64,000 nt of DNA from Bacteroidota bacterium (GTDB lineage: Bacteria > Bacteroidota > Bacteroidia > Chitinophagales > LD1), in the NCBI GenBank assembly GCA_947475165.1, contig CANJLD010000007.1, forward strand, positions 83,131 to 147,130, read 5' to 3'. The notes under the pieces were generated by a model, which was not told the DNA's origin, searched no databases, and saw only the letters and a program-made list of their open reading frames with translations. Made by a program: the position numbers and the translations under genes. Position 1 is the first letter of the stretch. The number at the start of each line of letters is the position of its first letter. Shown piece by piece: positions 46,059-55,498 of this stretch.

Positions 46059-47031
46059 CCCCTTGGTTGTTTACCCCTTTAGCACGCAGGTCATATTCCT
46101 CCAGCAAATAAAAAATCTGTTCCAGTTTCTGCTCGTTGAAATTTCTTGCCGCTGCCTTATAATCTTTCACAAAAAAAGGGCTCACCTTAATAGCAGCAGC
46201 CAGGTCTTTATCCATCATGTTGCGATACTGGTGCGCCAGATAAAGCTTGTTGAAATAGGTTTGCATAGTAGCCACCACCATTACCAGCGGTCCGCTTTTA
46301 GGGTTCGCCACAAAGTAGTTGGCTATCTGGTAAGCCTTGGTTTTGTTTTTAGCCCCCAGTGAATTGTTCAGCTCAAAGGGCGTAAACTCTTTGCTCACAC
46401 CCACACCGGTAGCCACATCATCCAAAGTAATAGTAGCACCCGCCTGTTTGCTGATGACGAGTTTCTCTAACTCATTCGCCACTTTGCTCAGCTCGGTACC
46501 GGTGTAATCCACCAACAAATCTGCCGCCTCTTCTTCAATTTTAAACTTGCGTTCGCTCAGCCATTTCTTTATCCAGCTCGCCACATTGTTTTCATACAAA
46601 GCCTTCGATTCAAAATACACAGCCGACTTAGCCATCTCTTTGCCAAAGGCTTTGCGCCCGTCAGGCTTGCCGTGCTTCCACGCAAAAACAAGAATGGTGC
46701 TCTTCACGGGGTTTTTCAGGTAACGCACAAACTGCTCTTCTTCCTCCGCAGCTTTTAAGTTAAGTGCCTGCGCTTCCTTAATAATCACTAATTGTTTTTC
46801 TGCCATCATGGGCAGGCGTCCGCAGGTTTCCATAATCTGCCGGGCGGTTAAATCTTTACCGTAAACAATAGTTTGGTTGAACGCCTTTTCCATATCGTTC
46901 AACACATGGGCTTCAATTAAATCGGTGAGGGCATCAATAAAATACGCTTCCTCTCCACACAGAAAATATACCGGTGAAAATTTCTTCTTCTTAATATCTG
47001 CAGAAATACTGTCGAACGTTTCGGCTGCCAT
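46009..47031 (-). CDS. holA: DNA polymerase III delta subunit
   Basis: 340 aa. The N-terminus FSPVYFLCGEEAYFID, together with length and helical domain organisation, is typical of HolA. Confidence 0.8.
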   Translation of the reverse strand: MAAETFDSISADIKKKKFSPVYFLCGEEAYFIDALTDLIEAHVLNDMEKAFNQTIVYGKDLTARQIMETCGRLPMMAEKQLVIIKEAQALNLKAAEEEEQFVRYLKNPVKSTILVFAWKHGKPDGRKAFGKEMAKSAVYFESKALYENNVASWIKKWLSERKFKIEEEAADLLVDYTGTELSKVANELEKLVISKQAGATITLDDVATGVGVSKEFTPFELNNSLGAKNKTKAYQIANYFVANPKSGPLVMVVATMQTYFNKLYLAHQYRNMMDKDLAAAIKVSPFFVKDYKAAARNFNEQKLEQIFYLLEEYDLRAKGVNNQGVKEGELMKELVVKILN

Positions 47032-47034
47032 AAT

Positions 47035-47805
47035 TTAAAAGCGAAGATGTTTAACGGTTAGCCCTTCATTGATTAACTGCTTCAATGAATCAATACCTAT
47101 TTTAAGATGTTGTGTTACATATTCTTTCGTCACGTTTTTATCGCTCGCTTCTGTCTTTACGCCCTGTGGTACCATCGGCTGGTCTGATACTAACAGCAAA
47201 GCACCCACCGGTATCTCATTCTTAAACGCGGTAATAAAAATGGTAGCGGTTTCCATATCAATCGCCATCACACGAATTTCGCGCAGATACTCTTTAAACT
47301 TATCGTCCCATTCCCACACTCTGCGGTTGGTGGTATAAACGGTACCGGTCCAGTAATCCTGCTGGTAATCGCGAATGGTAGTGGAGATTGCTTTCTGCAA
47401 AGCAAACGAAGGAAGCGCGGGAACTTCTTTCGGAAAATAATCGTCAGATGTTCCTTCACCGCGCACTGCGGCAATAGGAAGAATAAAATCGCCAATCTCA
47501 TTTTTCTTTTTCAAGCCACCGCACTTACCTAAAAACAAAACCGCCTTAGGTTGAATAGCCGAAAGCAAATCCATCATGGTTGCTGCGTTCGGACTTCCCA
47601 TGCCAAAACTGATAATGGTAATTCCATCAGCCGAAGCATTCATCATCGGGCGGTCAGCGCCAACTATCGGCACGTTGTTCCACTCGGCAAACATCTGTAC
47701 GTAGTTATCAAAGTTGGTAAGCAAAATATATTGGGCAAAATCTTTCAACTCTCTGCCTGTGTAGCGCGGCAGCCAATTGTTCACAATTTCTTCTTTCGTC
47801 TTCAT
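47035..47805 (-). CDS. AMP nucleosidase / nucleoside phosphorylase-family protein (short form)
   Basis: 256 aa with PNP_UDP_1-like blocks FGMGSPNAA, GKCGGL and IDMETATIF. Confidence 0.7.
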   Translation of the reverse strand: MKTKEEIVNNWLPRYTGRELKDFAQYILLTNFDNYVQMFAEWNNVPIVGADRPMMNASADGITIISFGMGSPNAATMMDLLSAIQPKAVLFLGKCGGLKKKNEIGDFILPIAAVRGEGTSDDYFPKEVPALPSFALQKAISTTIRDYQQDYWTGTVYTTNRRVWEWDDKFKEYLREIRVMAIDMETATIFITAFKNEIPVGALLLVSDQPMVPQGVKTEASDKNVTKEYVTQHLKIGIDSLKQLINEGLTVKHLRF

Positions 47806-48278
47806 TGTATAAATTGCTTTCGAACAAAAATAAGAAAGTGACCGAAGTAGTTTTTAGTGAATACAATTTCAGAACAGAAGAGCGCGAGGGAAAGAAATTC
47901 ATTTTTGATGAGGTGCGGAAGAAATTTGTTTCACTAACACCTGAAGAATGGGTGCGTCAGCATATTCTTCATTATTTAATTCACGATAAAAGCTTTCCGA
48001 AAAGCCTGATAGCCGTTGAGCGCGGAATAGAACTGAACGGTTTGCAAAAGCGATTTGATGTAGTAGTGTTTGCTAACGATGGCAAACCAAAAATGATTGT
48101 TGAATGCAAAGCACCGGAAGAGAAATTAGATGAAAAAGTATTCGAACAAATTGCCCGCTACAACTTATCACTTCGTGTAGATTTTCTTTGGGTAACCAAC
48201 GGAGAAAAAAATTTCTGTTGTAAATTAAAAGAGGGAATAGAGTTGTTAAACTCTATTCCCTCTTTTAGTGAACTCTGA
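47805..48278 (+). CDS. Stand-alone HsdR-N-terminal-like (PD-(D/E)XK-type) domain protein
   Basis: About 150 aa. LTPEEWVRQHILHYLI...PKSLIAVE...FDVVVF...IVECKAP matches my memory of the HSDR_N_2 pattern. The start is uncertain (TTG 47805 or GTG 47838). Confidence 0.7.
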   Translation: MYKLLSNKNKKVTEVVFSEYNFRTEEREGKKFIFDEVRKKFVSLTPEEWVRQHILHYLIHDKSFPKSLIAVERGIELNGLQKRFDVVVFANDGKPKMIVECKAPEEKLDEKVFEQIARYNLSLRVDFLWVTNGEKNFCCKLKEGIELLNSIPSFSEL

Positions 48279-48283
48279 ATTAA

Positions 48284-51200
48284 TTACTTCAAAAGTGTAA
48301 TCGTTCCTTTATAGCGATTGTCGCTGTGGTTATCTAACCAAACAAACTTGGCTACATAACTGTAAACCGCAGGAACCGTGGTTCCTTTAAAACTTCCATC
48401 CCACGCAAAGTTAATATCGGTGCTTTCAAAAACTTTTTCACCCCACCGGTTAAACACTTTTACTTCAATCTGCTTAATACCGGGCAGGTTGCCGAATATT
48501 TGCCAGGTATCATTTGTGCCATCTCCGTTAGGTGTAAACACGTTAGGGATAAAAACGTTGTAGTTAGGTATCACCGTAATATTCACCGTTGAAATACCTG
48601 TGCAACCGCCAGCGGTGGTCATAGTAACCGTATATACATACGAATAGTTGCCGCTGAAACTCGGTGCTGCACAATCATAACACGACAATCCGAACGTAGG
48701 CTGCCAGTTGTAAGTAACAGCTCCGGTTTGCGTAGTAGAAGTTTGCAATTGTATGGTTTCTCCTATGTTAACAGTAACCGGGTCCGGAGTTACTGTAAGG
48801 CTCACAGAGTCCGGCTCATTAATTACTGCCACATCCGTAATAGTGCAATTGCTGGCATCGGTAATGGTAACTGAATAATTGCCTACACTTAAAGGAGAAA
48901 ATATGCCTGTGCTGTTCTGGTCACCGTTAGATAGCGAATAAGTATAACCGGGCACTCCACCGGCACCGGTAACTGTAATTTGCCCATCGGTGTAATGATA
49001 ACAGCTAACATCCGTAGGTGCCGTTACCGCACTTAACTGTACAGGCTCGTTAACAGTAACCTGTGTTGAAGCGGTGCACGAATTATTATCAGTAACCACT
49101 ACAGTATAGGTATTAGCCGCCACATTAGTAAACTGACCGGTGGCAGAAGTTAAAGCGCCCATCGAAAAATTGTAGGGATTTATTCCTCCGGTAGCTGTCG
49201 CTGTTACCGTGCCGGTAGCAGTGCCAAAACAAAGCGCATCTGTTGAAACAGCGCTTACATTAATAGCAGCAGGCTCGGTAAGAAGAACATTCTGCGCTAC
49301 GGTGCAGGCATTGGCATCTGAAACAACAATATCATAACTACCTACGGTAAGACCTGTTGCCGTATTCGTTGAACTAACATTTGGTGTCCACGAATAAGTA
49401 TAAGTTGCACCGGTGCCACCGCTTACGGTCAGCGTAATACTTCCGTCAGGTGCTCCAAAGCAAAGCAGATTAGTTTGCGCTACCTGAACAACTATGGCAG
49501 AAGGTTGATTGATAATGAAGGATGCGGTTTGATTGCAACTTGCAGCATCACTCGCAGAAACCGTATAATTTCCTGCAGGTGGAGTAGTAGTTTGGTTATT
49601 TCCACCGCCACCGCTCCAGGTGTAAGTAAATGTTCCGCCCCCGGAAGGGTTTGCAGTGGCATTTCCGTTTCCGCCAAAGCATAATGCATCGGTAGCTGTT
49701 ACATTCATTACAGGTGCAGCAGGTTCGGTAATTGTTTCGCTAAGCGCCACGGAACATCCGTTTGCATCTGTCAGGTTACCCGCATAAGTTCCTGCAGGTA
49801 AACCCGGAAGAGTATTTGTGCCAGCTGGCACAGGATTGCCGAGAAAACTATAAGGTACTGTGCCGCCACCAACAGTAATGGTAATAGTTCCATCAGTAGC
49901 ACCATTGCAACTGGCATCGGTATGCGATGTGGTAGCTGTAAGAACTGTCGGCTCTGTAATAGTAGCACTAACCGAAGCCGTGCATGAATTATTATCGGTA
50001 ACAATCACCGAGTAATTTCCTCCGCCAAGTCCCGTTCTGTTTTGTGTGGTAGGTCCATCATTCCACGCATAAGTATTTGGTGATGTTCCTCCTGAAGGAG
50101 TAATGGTAATAGTGCCATTGTTTGCTCCGTTGCAGAGGATGTTGGTGTGCACTTCAGTTACAGTTAAAGCCAAAGGCTCTGTAATAGTAGCACTAACCGA
50201 AGCGGTACATGAACTATTGTCGGTAACAATTACAGAGTAATTTCCTGCACCAAGGTTGGTTCTGTTTTGTGTAGTAGGGCCATCATTCCACGCGTAAGTA
50301 TATGTCACTGTTCCACCAGCAGGCGTAATAGTAATAGTGCCGTTATTTGCTCCCTTGCAAAGAATATCTGTATGCGCTTCGGTTACAGTTAAAGCAGCAG
50401 GTTCTGTAATAGTCGCACTTACTGAAGCTGTGCATGAACTATTATCTGTAACAATTACTGAGTAGTTTCCAGCAGCTATTCCTGTCCGGTCTTGAGTAGT
50501 TGGTCCATCATTCCATAAATAGGTATAAGCAATTGTTCCGCCTGCAGGTGTAATATCTATAGAACCTGTAGCAGCTCCGTTACACAAAACATTCACATGT
50601 GTTTCGGTAACTGTTAACGCTGCGGGTTCTGTAATGGTTTCAGAAAGAGCAACCGTGCATCCGTTAGCATCCGTAAGGTTTCCGGCATAAGTACCGGCAG
50701 ATAAACCTGGAACAGTATTAGTACCTGCAGGAACAGTATTTCCAAGGAAGCTGTATGGTGGAGTTCCACCGCCAACCGTAATAGTAATAGTTCCGTTGTT
50801 TGCACCGTTACAAGTAATATTGGTATGCGAAGTGGTAGCCGTTAAAGCAGCAGTCGGTTGACGAAGTGTATCGGTACCAATTGCTGTACAGCCATAAATA
50901 TCAGTTGCAGTGAAATTGTAAATACCTGCGGATAACCCGGTAGGATTGTTTCCTGATACTGTACCGGGGTTCCAGGTGTAAGCATAGCCGGGTGTACCTC
51001 CGCTTACAGTAATATTGAAACTTCCGTTGTTTCCACCAAAGCAGGAAATATGTTGTGTAGTAAATGAACGCGTGAGTGGGGTAGCCGGTCCTGTAACCGT
51101 TGCATTCGCAGAAATGCTACAACCGTTAAAATCGGTAACGGTAATAGTATATGTTCCTGCAATAATATTCATGTTGGCAGTATCTGTATCAAAGTTATTC

Positions 51201-53155
51201 CATGCGTAAGTATATGGTGCAGTCCCACCTGAAATATGCGCAATGGCACTTCCTTTGCCGGAGTGATAACAACTATCCATCACTGTTGTAAACGTTGCTG
51301 TAAGCGAAGGAACACCAGAAACGTTTCCGTTAGCAGTTGCTGTACACCCCGAGGCATCGGTTATTACCACGCTGATAGCACCCGGTGGTAAATTACTTGC
51401 TACGGGATTATTGGGTTGTGCCGGACTCCAGTTATAACTATATGGCGAAGTTCCACCTGATATTACAGAAGCCACCGCCTGACCGGTATTCGTTCCCGGG
51501 CAAGAAATTGGAGTAGTAGTCATTTGCGCTACCATCGCTGCTCCGGGTTGTGTAATGACTACGCTCCCTGAAAAAGCATGTGCAGGGTCGCCATCGCTAT
51601 AGTTATAAATGTAAGTGCCTGCAGATAAGCCTGTAACAGGAACTCCGTTTGTTCCGCTTATGTTTCCGGGATTCCAGGTAATAATAGGTGCACCCGTGGC
51701 GCCAGTGACATTAAGCGTGGCAGTTCCGTTTGTTCCACCCCAACAGCTTACATTTGTTTTTGCAACGGTAGATGTAATACCACAAGGCAACGAAGTAATT
51801 GTTTCTGTATATTGTAATAAAGCAGAACATCCATTTGCATCATGAAAATCGGCTATCCATGTACCCGCTGGCATTGAAAGCGGCACTCCAGAAGTGGCAG
51901 GGAAACCTGCCCAATTAACGTTGTATGGAGGAACTCCTCCACTTCCGGTAATAGTTGCGGTTCCATTACTTCCACATGGAGCATCAGTGTGTGCCGTTGT
52001 AGCGGTTAAAGCTGTTGGCTGATTGAGTGTATATTGAGCAGTTGTATTACAAATGCCGTCTGTTACAGTTACAGCGTAAGTGCCGGCAGTTGCACCAATT
52101 AGGGTTGATTGCGTTGTTCCGTTACTCCAATTATAAACATAGCCGCCAAAACCTCCCGTTGGAGTTAAAGCAATACTTCCAGTACTTGCGCCATTACAAA
52201 GTGGCGGACTAGGCACTGATGCTATTGAAATAGGGTTTCTAACGTCAACCACATGGTTTGCAGTTGCAGAACATCCATTAGCATCAACCACAGTTAGCGT
52301 TGCAGTATAATTTCCTGCTGCCGTATACGTATGAGTGACGTTGACATTTGCTAAAGTAGGATTATTAATAACCGTTGATTGACCATCACCAAAATTCCAT
52401 GTTAAACTTTGATATTGCCCTAATGTAGTTACACAAGGGTCAATAAAATTGAAAAATGCGGAGCCCCCTAAACAAGCCTGTGGAGAATACAAGAAATCTA
52501 TAAATAAGCTGTATTGAAAATTACTGTATATGCAATCGCTTTGCGAATAATTGTAAAACCCGAATCTGCCGGGCTTGTAGCAATCCTGCCAGTCAAATTT
52601 TAATGCCCCGTCAACATAAATTATTGCACGTGTATAGGTGAGGTATAAGTCAAATGAGTGATTGTTTCCTTGAACCCAACCCGGGCCACCAAATGTGTTT
52701 TGAATTACTGTAAATTCGGGCGAGTTCTGATGATTCCAAAATTGTGTCGTATAGTTTGCAGGCGGAATAACGCCATTTAAACGGCATAAGGACATGCCGC
52801 TTGATGCACCATTTTGCTGTTGTTGCTTCCAGTCATACAGCCAACAATCAAAACTATCAATGGGTGTAAGAGGATTTAAATAACTAAATACAAAACCCAT
52901 CCAGTCATCATCGTTATCTGTAGAGCGAAATGAGCCGGAAACGTGTACATTCATCAAATCGAATGGAGAGACGAAAAATGCAGGATTGCCATTTACAGAT
53001 TGATAAACCTGTGTACCCCCTCCCTGCACATTCCAATTTCCATTACCTGGCTGTCCACCTGCCTGCCATGAGCTAAAATTTACGTTGGTGAGACATTGCG
53101 CACTTGCTGAAACTGTTATAAAACACGCGATTACAAAGAGTAAAAGTTTTTGCAT
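48284..53155 (-). CDS. SprB-repeat / PKD-domain cell-surface protein with a T9SS type-B C-terminal sorting domain
   Basis: 1623 aa with a signal peptide and a PKD-like segment (GNYTATLTVVDANGCSAT). About 15 SprB-type repeats follow (CxG..(N/T)G.I.(L/I)T..GG..PY.Y.W ... G.Y...V.D..GC). The C-terminus is PNVFTPNGDGTNDTW...VFNRWGEKVFE...WDG. Confidence 0.85.
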   Translation of the reverse strand: MQKLLLFVIACFITVSASAQCLTNVNFSSWQAGGQPGNGNWNVQGGGTQVYQSVNGNPAFFVSPFDLMNVHVSGSFRSTDNDDDWMGFVFSYLNPLTPIDSFDCWLYDWKQQQQNGASSGMSLCRLNGVIPPANYTTQFWNHQNSPEFTVIQNTFGGPGWVQGNNHSFDLYLTYTRAIIYVDGALKFDWQDCYKPGRFGFYNYSQSDCIYSNFQYSLFIDFLYSPQACLGGSAFFNFIDPCVTTLGQYQSLTWNFGDGQSTVINNPTLANVNVTHTYTAAGNYTATLTVVDANGCSATANHVVDVRNPISIASVPSPPLCNGASTGSIALTPTGGFGGYVYNWSNGTTQSTLIGATAGTYAVTVTDGICNTTAQYTLNQPTALTATTAHTDAPCGSNGTATITGSGGVPPYNVNWAGFPATSGVPLSMPAGTWIADFHDANGCSALLQYTETITSLPCGITSTVAKTNVSCWGGTNGTATLNVTGATGAPIITWNPGNISGTNGVPVTGLSAGTYIYNYSDGDPAHAFSGSVVITQPGAAMVAQMTTTPISCPGTNTGQAVASVISGGTSPYSYNWSPAQPNNPVASNLPPGAISVVITDASGCTATANGNVSGVPSLTATFTTVMDSCYHSGKGSAIAHISGGTAPYTYAWNNFDTDTANMNIIAGTYTITVTDFNGCSISANATVTGPATPLTRSFTTQHISCFGGNNGSFNITVSGGTPGYAYTWNPGTVSGNNPTGLSAGIYNFTATDIYGCTAIGTDTLRQPTAALTATTSHTNITCNGANNGTITITVGGGTPPYSFLGNTVPAGTNTVPGLSAGTYAGNLTDANGCTVALSETITEPAALTVTETHVNVLCNGAATGSIDITPAGGTIAYTYLWNDGPTTQDRTGIAAGNYSVIVTDNSSCTASVSATITEPAALTVTEAHTDILCKGANNGTITITPAGGTVTYTYAWNDGPTTQNRTNLGAGNYSVIVTDNSSCTASVSATITEPLALTVTEVHTNILCNGANNGTITITPSGGTSPNTYAWNDGPTTQNRTGLGGGNYSVIVTDNNSCTASVSATITEPTVLTATTSHTDASCNGATDGTITITVGGGTVPYSFLGNPVPAGTNTLPGLPAGTYAGNLTDANGCSVALSETITEPAAPVMNVTATDALCFGGNGNATANPSGGGTFTYTWSGGGGNNQTTTPPAGNYTVSASDAASCNQTASFIINQPSAIVVQVAQTNLLCFGAPDGSITLTVSGGTGATYTYSWTPNVSSTNTATGLTVGSYDIVVSDANACTVAQNVLLTEPAAINVSAVSTDALCFGTATGTVTATATGGINPYNFSMGALTSATGQFTNVAANTYTVVVTDNNSCTASTQVTVNEPVQLSAVTAPTDVSCYHYTDGQITVTGAGGVPGYTYSLSNGDQNSTGIFSPLSVGNYSVTITDASNCTITDVAVINEPDSVSLTVTPDPVTVNIGETIQLQTSTTQTGAVTYNWQPTFGLSCYDCAAPSFSGNYSYVYTVTMTTAGGCTGISTVNITVIPNYNVFIPNVFTPNGDGTNDTWQIFGNLPGIKQIEVKVFNRWGEKVFESTDINFAWDGSFKGTTVPAVYSYVAKFVWLDNHSDNRYKGTITLLK
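49720..50860 (-). repeat. Nested recent duplication within the SprB-repeat gene
   Basis: Three near-identical 225-bp units start at about 49950, 50175 and 50400. They are flanked by a related pair of about 230-bp units (49720-49950 and 50625-50860). Confidence 0.8.
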
Positions 53156-53335
53156 AGTGTTACTTAAGGTTAAATCTGATTTGTATCCTGTTACTGGCTA
53201 AAATAATTAAATCTTTTGCCCACAGCGAAATTTCTACTAAACAAGAATACAGAATAGGGAAATGGGTTGCGTAGGTAGAGGCAAAATCTTTCAACAAACT
53301 TTTTAATCGTTTGTGAGTACGCTGGCAAGTGAGGC

Positions 53336-54499
53336 TTATTCGTAAGTGAATTCTCCGTATTCGCTTTTCACCAGCACTTCATTTTTTTCAGATGCATCTA
53401 CATAACCAATTACCTGTGCGGCAATATCGAAAGACTTAGCCACATCAATAATAAGCGAGGAATACTTCTCATCTACATAAATTTCCAGGCGGGTTCCGCA
53501 GTTCAAAACCTTGAACATTTCTTTCCAATCGGTTTTTGATTCCTGCTGAATCAATTTGAAAAGCGGTGGAACAGGCAGCAGATTATTTTTTACTATTCGA
53601 AGGTTTTCGATGTAGTGAAGTACTTTTGTATGTGCTCCACCAGTGCAGTTCACAATTCCATTTACCTGCCCAGGAATTTCTTCCAACACTTTTTTAATAA
53701 CGGGAGTGTAGGTGCGGGTTGGTGAAAGAAGAACTTTGCCAATATTGAGCGAAGTTCCTTTTAAGTCATCTGTAAGTTTTTTGCTTCCTGAATAAACAAG
53801 CGATTTGTCAATTATAGCATCAAAAGTTTCAGGATATTTTTCGCCATAAATTTTTAAAAGTAAATCATGGCGGGCAGAAGTCAGACCATTGCTACTGATA
53901 CCACTGTTGTATTCGTTCTCATAGGTAGCTTTGCCATAACTTGCCAAACCAATAATTACATTTCCGGGTTTTATGTTTTGGGTGAGAATGAGGTTTTCTT
54001 TTTTCATCCGCACTGTCATTGTAGCGTCAACGGTTGTTGTGCGAACACAATCGCCAAGGTCTGCAGTCTCTCCGCCCATTTGATGAATACGCACTCCATA
54101 ATCATTCATGCGCTCAATAAATTCTTTGCTGCCTTTGATAATTTCAGCAATTACTTCACCGGTAATTAAATTTTTATTGCGATTGATGATGGATGTATAG
54201 AGAAAATTATCCGTTGCCCCAACGCAAAGTAAATCATCCAAATTCATCACCATCGCGTCTTGCGCAATTCCTTTCCAAACTGATACATCTCCGGTTTCTT
54301 TCCAATACAAATACGCAAGGATAGATTTAGTGCCGCTGCCATCGCTGCTCATTACATTACAGTAGGCATCATCACCACCGAGATAATCGGGATAAATTTT
54401 GCAGAATGCTTTTGGATAAAGTCCGTGATACAAATCTTTCACGGCTGCATGAACTTCTTCCTTACCTGCACTAACGCCTCTTTGTTCGTATTTCTCCAT
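53336..54499 (-). CDS. AIR-synthase-related (PurM superfamily) protein
   Basis: 387 aa. The N-terminus YEQRGVSAGKEEVH and the region SSDGSGTK resemble the PurM DGVGTK block. It has the two-domain PurM-like length. Confidence 0.65.
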   Translation of the reverse strand: MEKYEQRGVSAGKEEVHAAVKDLYHGLYPKAFCKIYPDYLGGDDAYCNVMSSDGSGTKSILAYLYWKETGDVSVWKGIAQDAMVMNLDDLLCVGATDNFLYTSIINRNKNLITGEVIAEIIKGSKEFIERMNDYGVRIHQMGGETADLGDCVRTTTVDATMTVRMKKENLILTQNIKPGNVIIGLASYGKATYENEYNSGISSNGLTSARHDLLLKIYGEKYPETFDAIIDKSLVYSGSKKLTDDLKGTSLNIGKVLLSPTRTYTPVIKKVLEEIPGQVNGIVNCTGGAHTKVLHYIENLRIVKNNLLPVPPLFKLIQQESKTDWKEMFKVLNCGTRLEIYVDEKYSSLIIDVAKSFDIAAQVIGYVDASEKNEVLVKSEYGEFTYE

Positions 54500-54502
54500 T
54501 GC

Positions 54503-55498
54503 TTAAACTACTTTATAACCAACCGCACTCGCCACGGTTTTTAAACTCGCATACAGTTTTCTAAACTCATCAAAATTCAATTGCTGGTCGGCATCGCTCT
54601 TCGCCACTTTCGGATTTGGGTGTGCTTCAATCAGCAAACCATCAATGCCCATTGCTACACATGCGCGCGATAAATCAGCAACGCCATAAGCATAACCTAT
54701 TGCATGGCTTGGGTCGAGAATGATTGGAAGGTTAGTGTTTTCCTTTAGCCATGCCACTCCACATAAATCGAGTGTGAATCTTGTTTTGGTTTCAAAAGTT
54801 CTTATTCCTCTTTCGCACAGCATCACATTCGGATTCCCTCCGCTTAAAATAAATTCTGCGCTTTGAACAAACTCTTGCAGTGTAGTTCCGAAACCGCGCT
54901 TGAGCAAAATTGGTTTTCTTGATTTACCACACTTGCGCAAAATACCGTGGTCATACATACTCTTCGCACCAATCTGAATAATATCGGCATATTCAATTAC
55001 TTCATCGGCATGTGTGCTGTCGCGCACTTCTGTAATAATTTGTAAGCCATATTTGCTGCGCATTTTATCGAGCAGCTTCAAACCTTCTAAACCAAGACCC
55101 TGAAAAGTATAAGGTGATGTGCGCGGCTTATATGCACCGGCACGAAGAATTTTCACACCCAACTCCACACAAAGTTGTGCAGCACTTTCAATTTGCTCTT
55201 CGCTTTCAACTGAACATGGCCCGGTGATTACAACGGTGTTGTTTGTATTCCCGCCAATAATAGCATCGCCTAATTTTATTTCACGTTTTGTAGCGATGTA
55301 GTTTTTGCTTGCCAATTGAATATCTGTATCGGCTACAAAAATTTCATCCGATGCCATTTTTAATTCATCATCGGCAACTTTAAGTTTAGATGGGGTAACC
55401 AAAACCAATTTGCCATTCTCAAATAGAATGCTTTGATACTTTTCAGCAAGCTGTTGCGCCTGCTCTTTCGAAATATTTTTATTTAAGTGAACTATCAT
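54503..55498 (-). CDS. 3-deoxy-7-phosphoheptulonate (DAHP) synthase, type I-beta with an N-terminal ferredoxin-like regulatory domain
   Basis: 331 aa with ITGPCSVES, LRAGAYKPRTSPYTFQGLG, LLKRG, CERGIRTFE and ILDPSH blocks. The N-terminal domain of about 75 aa starts MIVHLNK, as in the Thermotoga-type enzyme. Confidence 0.85.
   Translation of the reverse strand: MIVHLNKNISKEQAQQLAEKYQSILFENGKLVLVTPSKLKVADDELKMASDEIFVADTDIQLASKNYIATKREIKLGDAIIGGNTNNTVVITGPCSVESEEQIESAAQLCVELGVKILRAGAYKPRTSPYTFQGLGLEGLKLLDKMRSKYGLQIITEVRDSTHADEVIEYADIIQIGAKSMYDHGILRKCGKSRKPILLKRGFGTTLQEFVQSAEFILSGGNPNVMLCERGIRTFETKTRFTLDLCGVAWLKENTNLPIILDPSHAIGYAYGVADLSRACVAMGIDGLLIEAHPNPKVAKSDADQQLNFDEFRKLYASLKTVASAVGYKVV

Noticed and set aside
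47805-48278. The HsdR-N-terminal-like protein together with the methyltransferase at 32359-33570 as parts of a restriction-modification or defence island.
   Set aside because: The two genes are 14 kb apart and separated by housekeeping genes. The HsdR_N-like ORF is a stand-alone domain of about 150 aa with no helicase or ATPase part. No hsdS/hsdM or nuclease genes are present.
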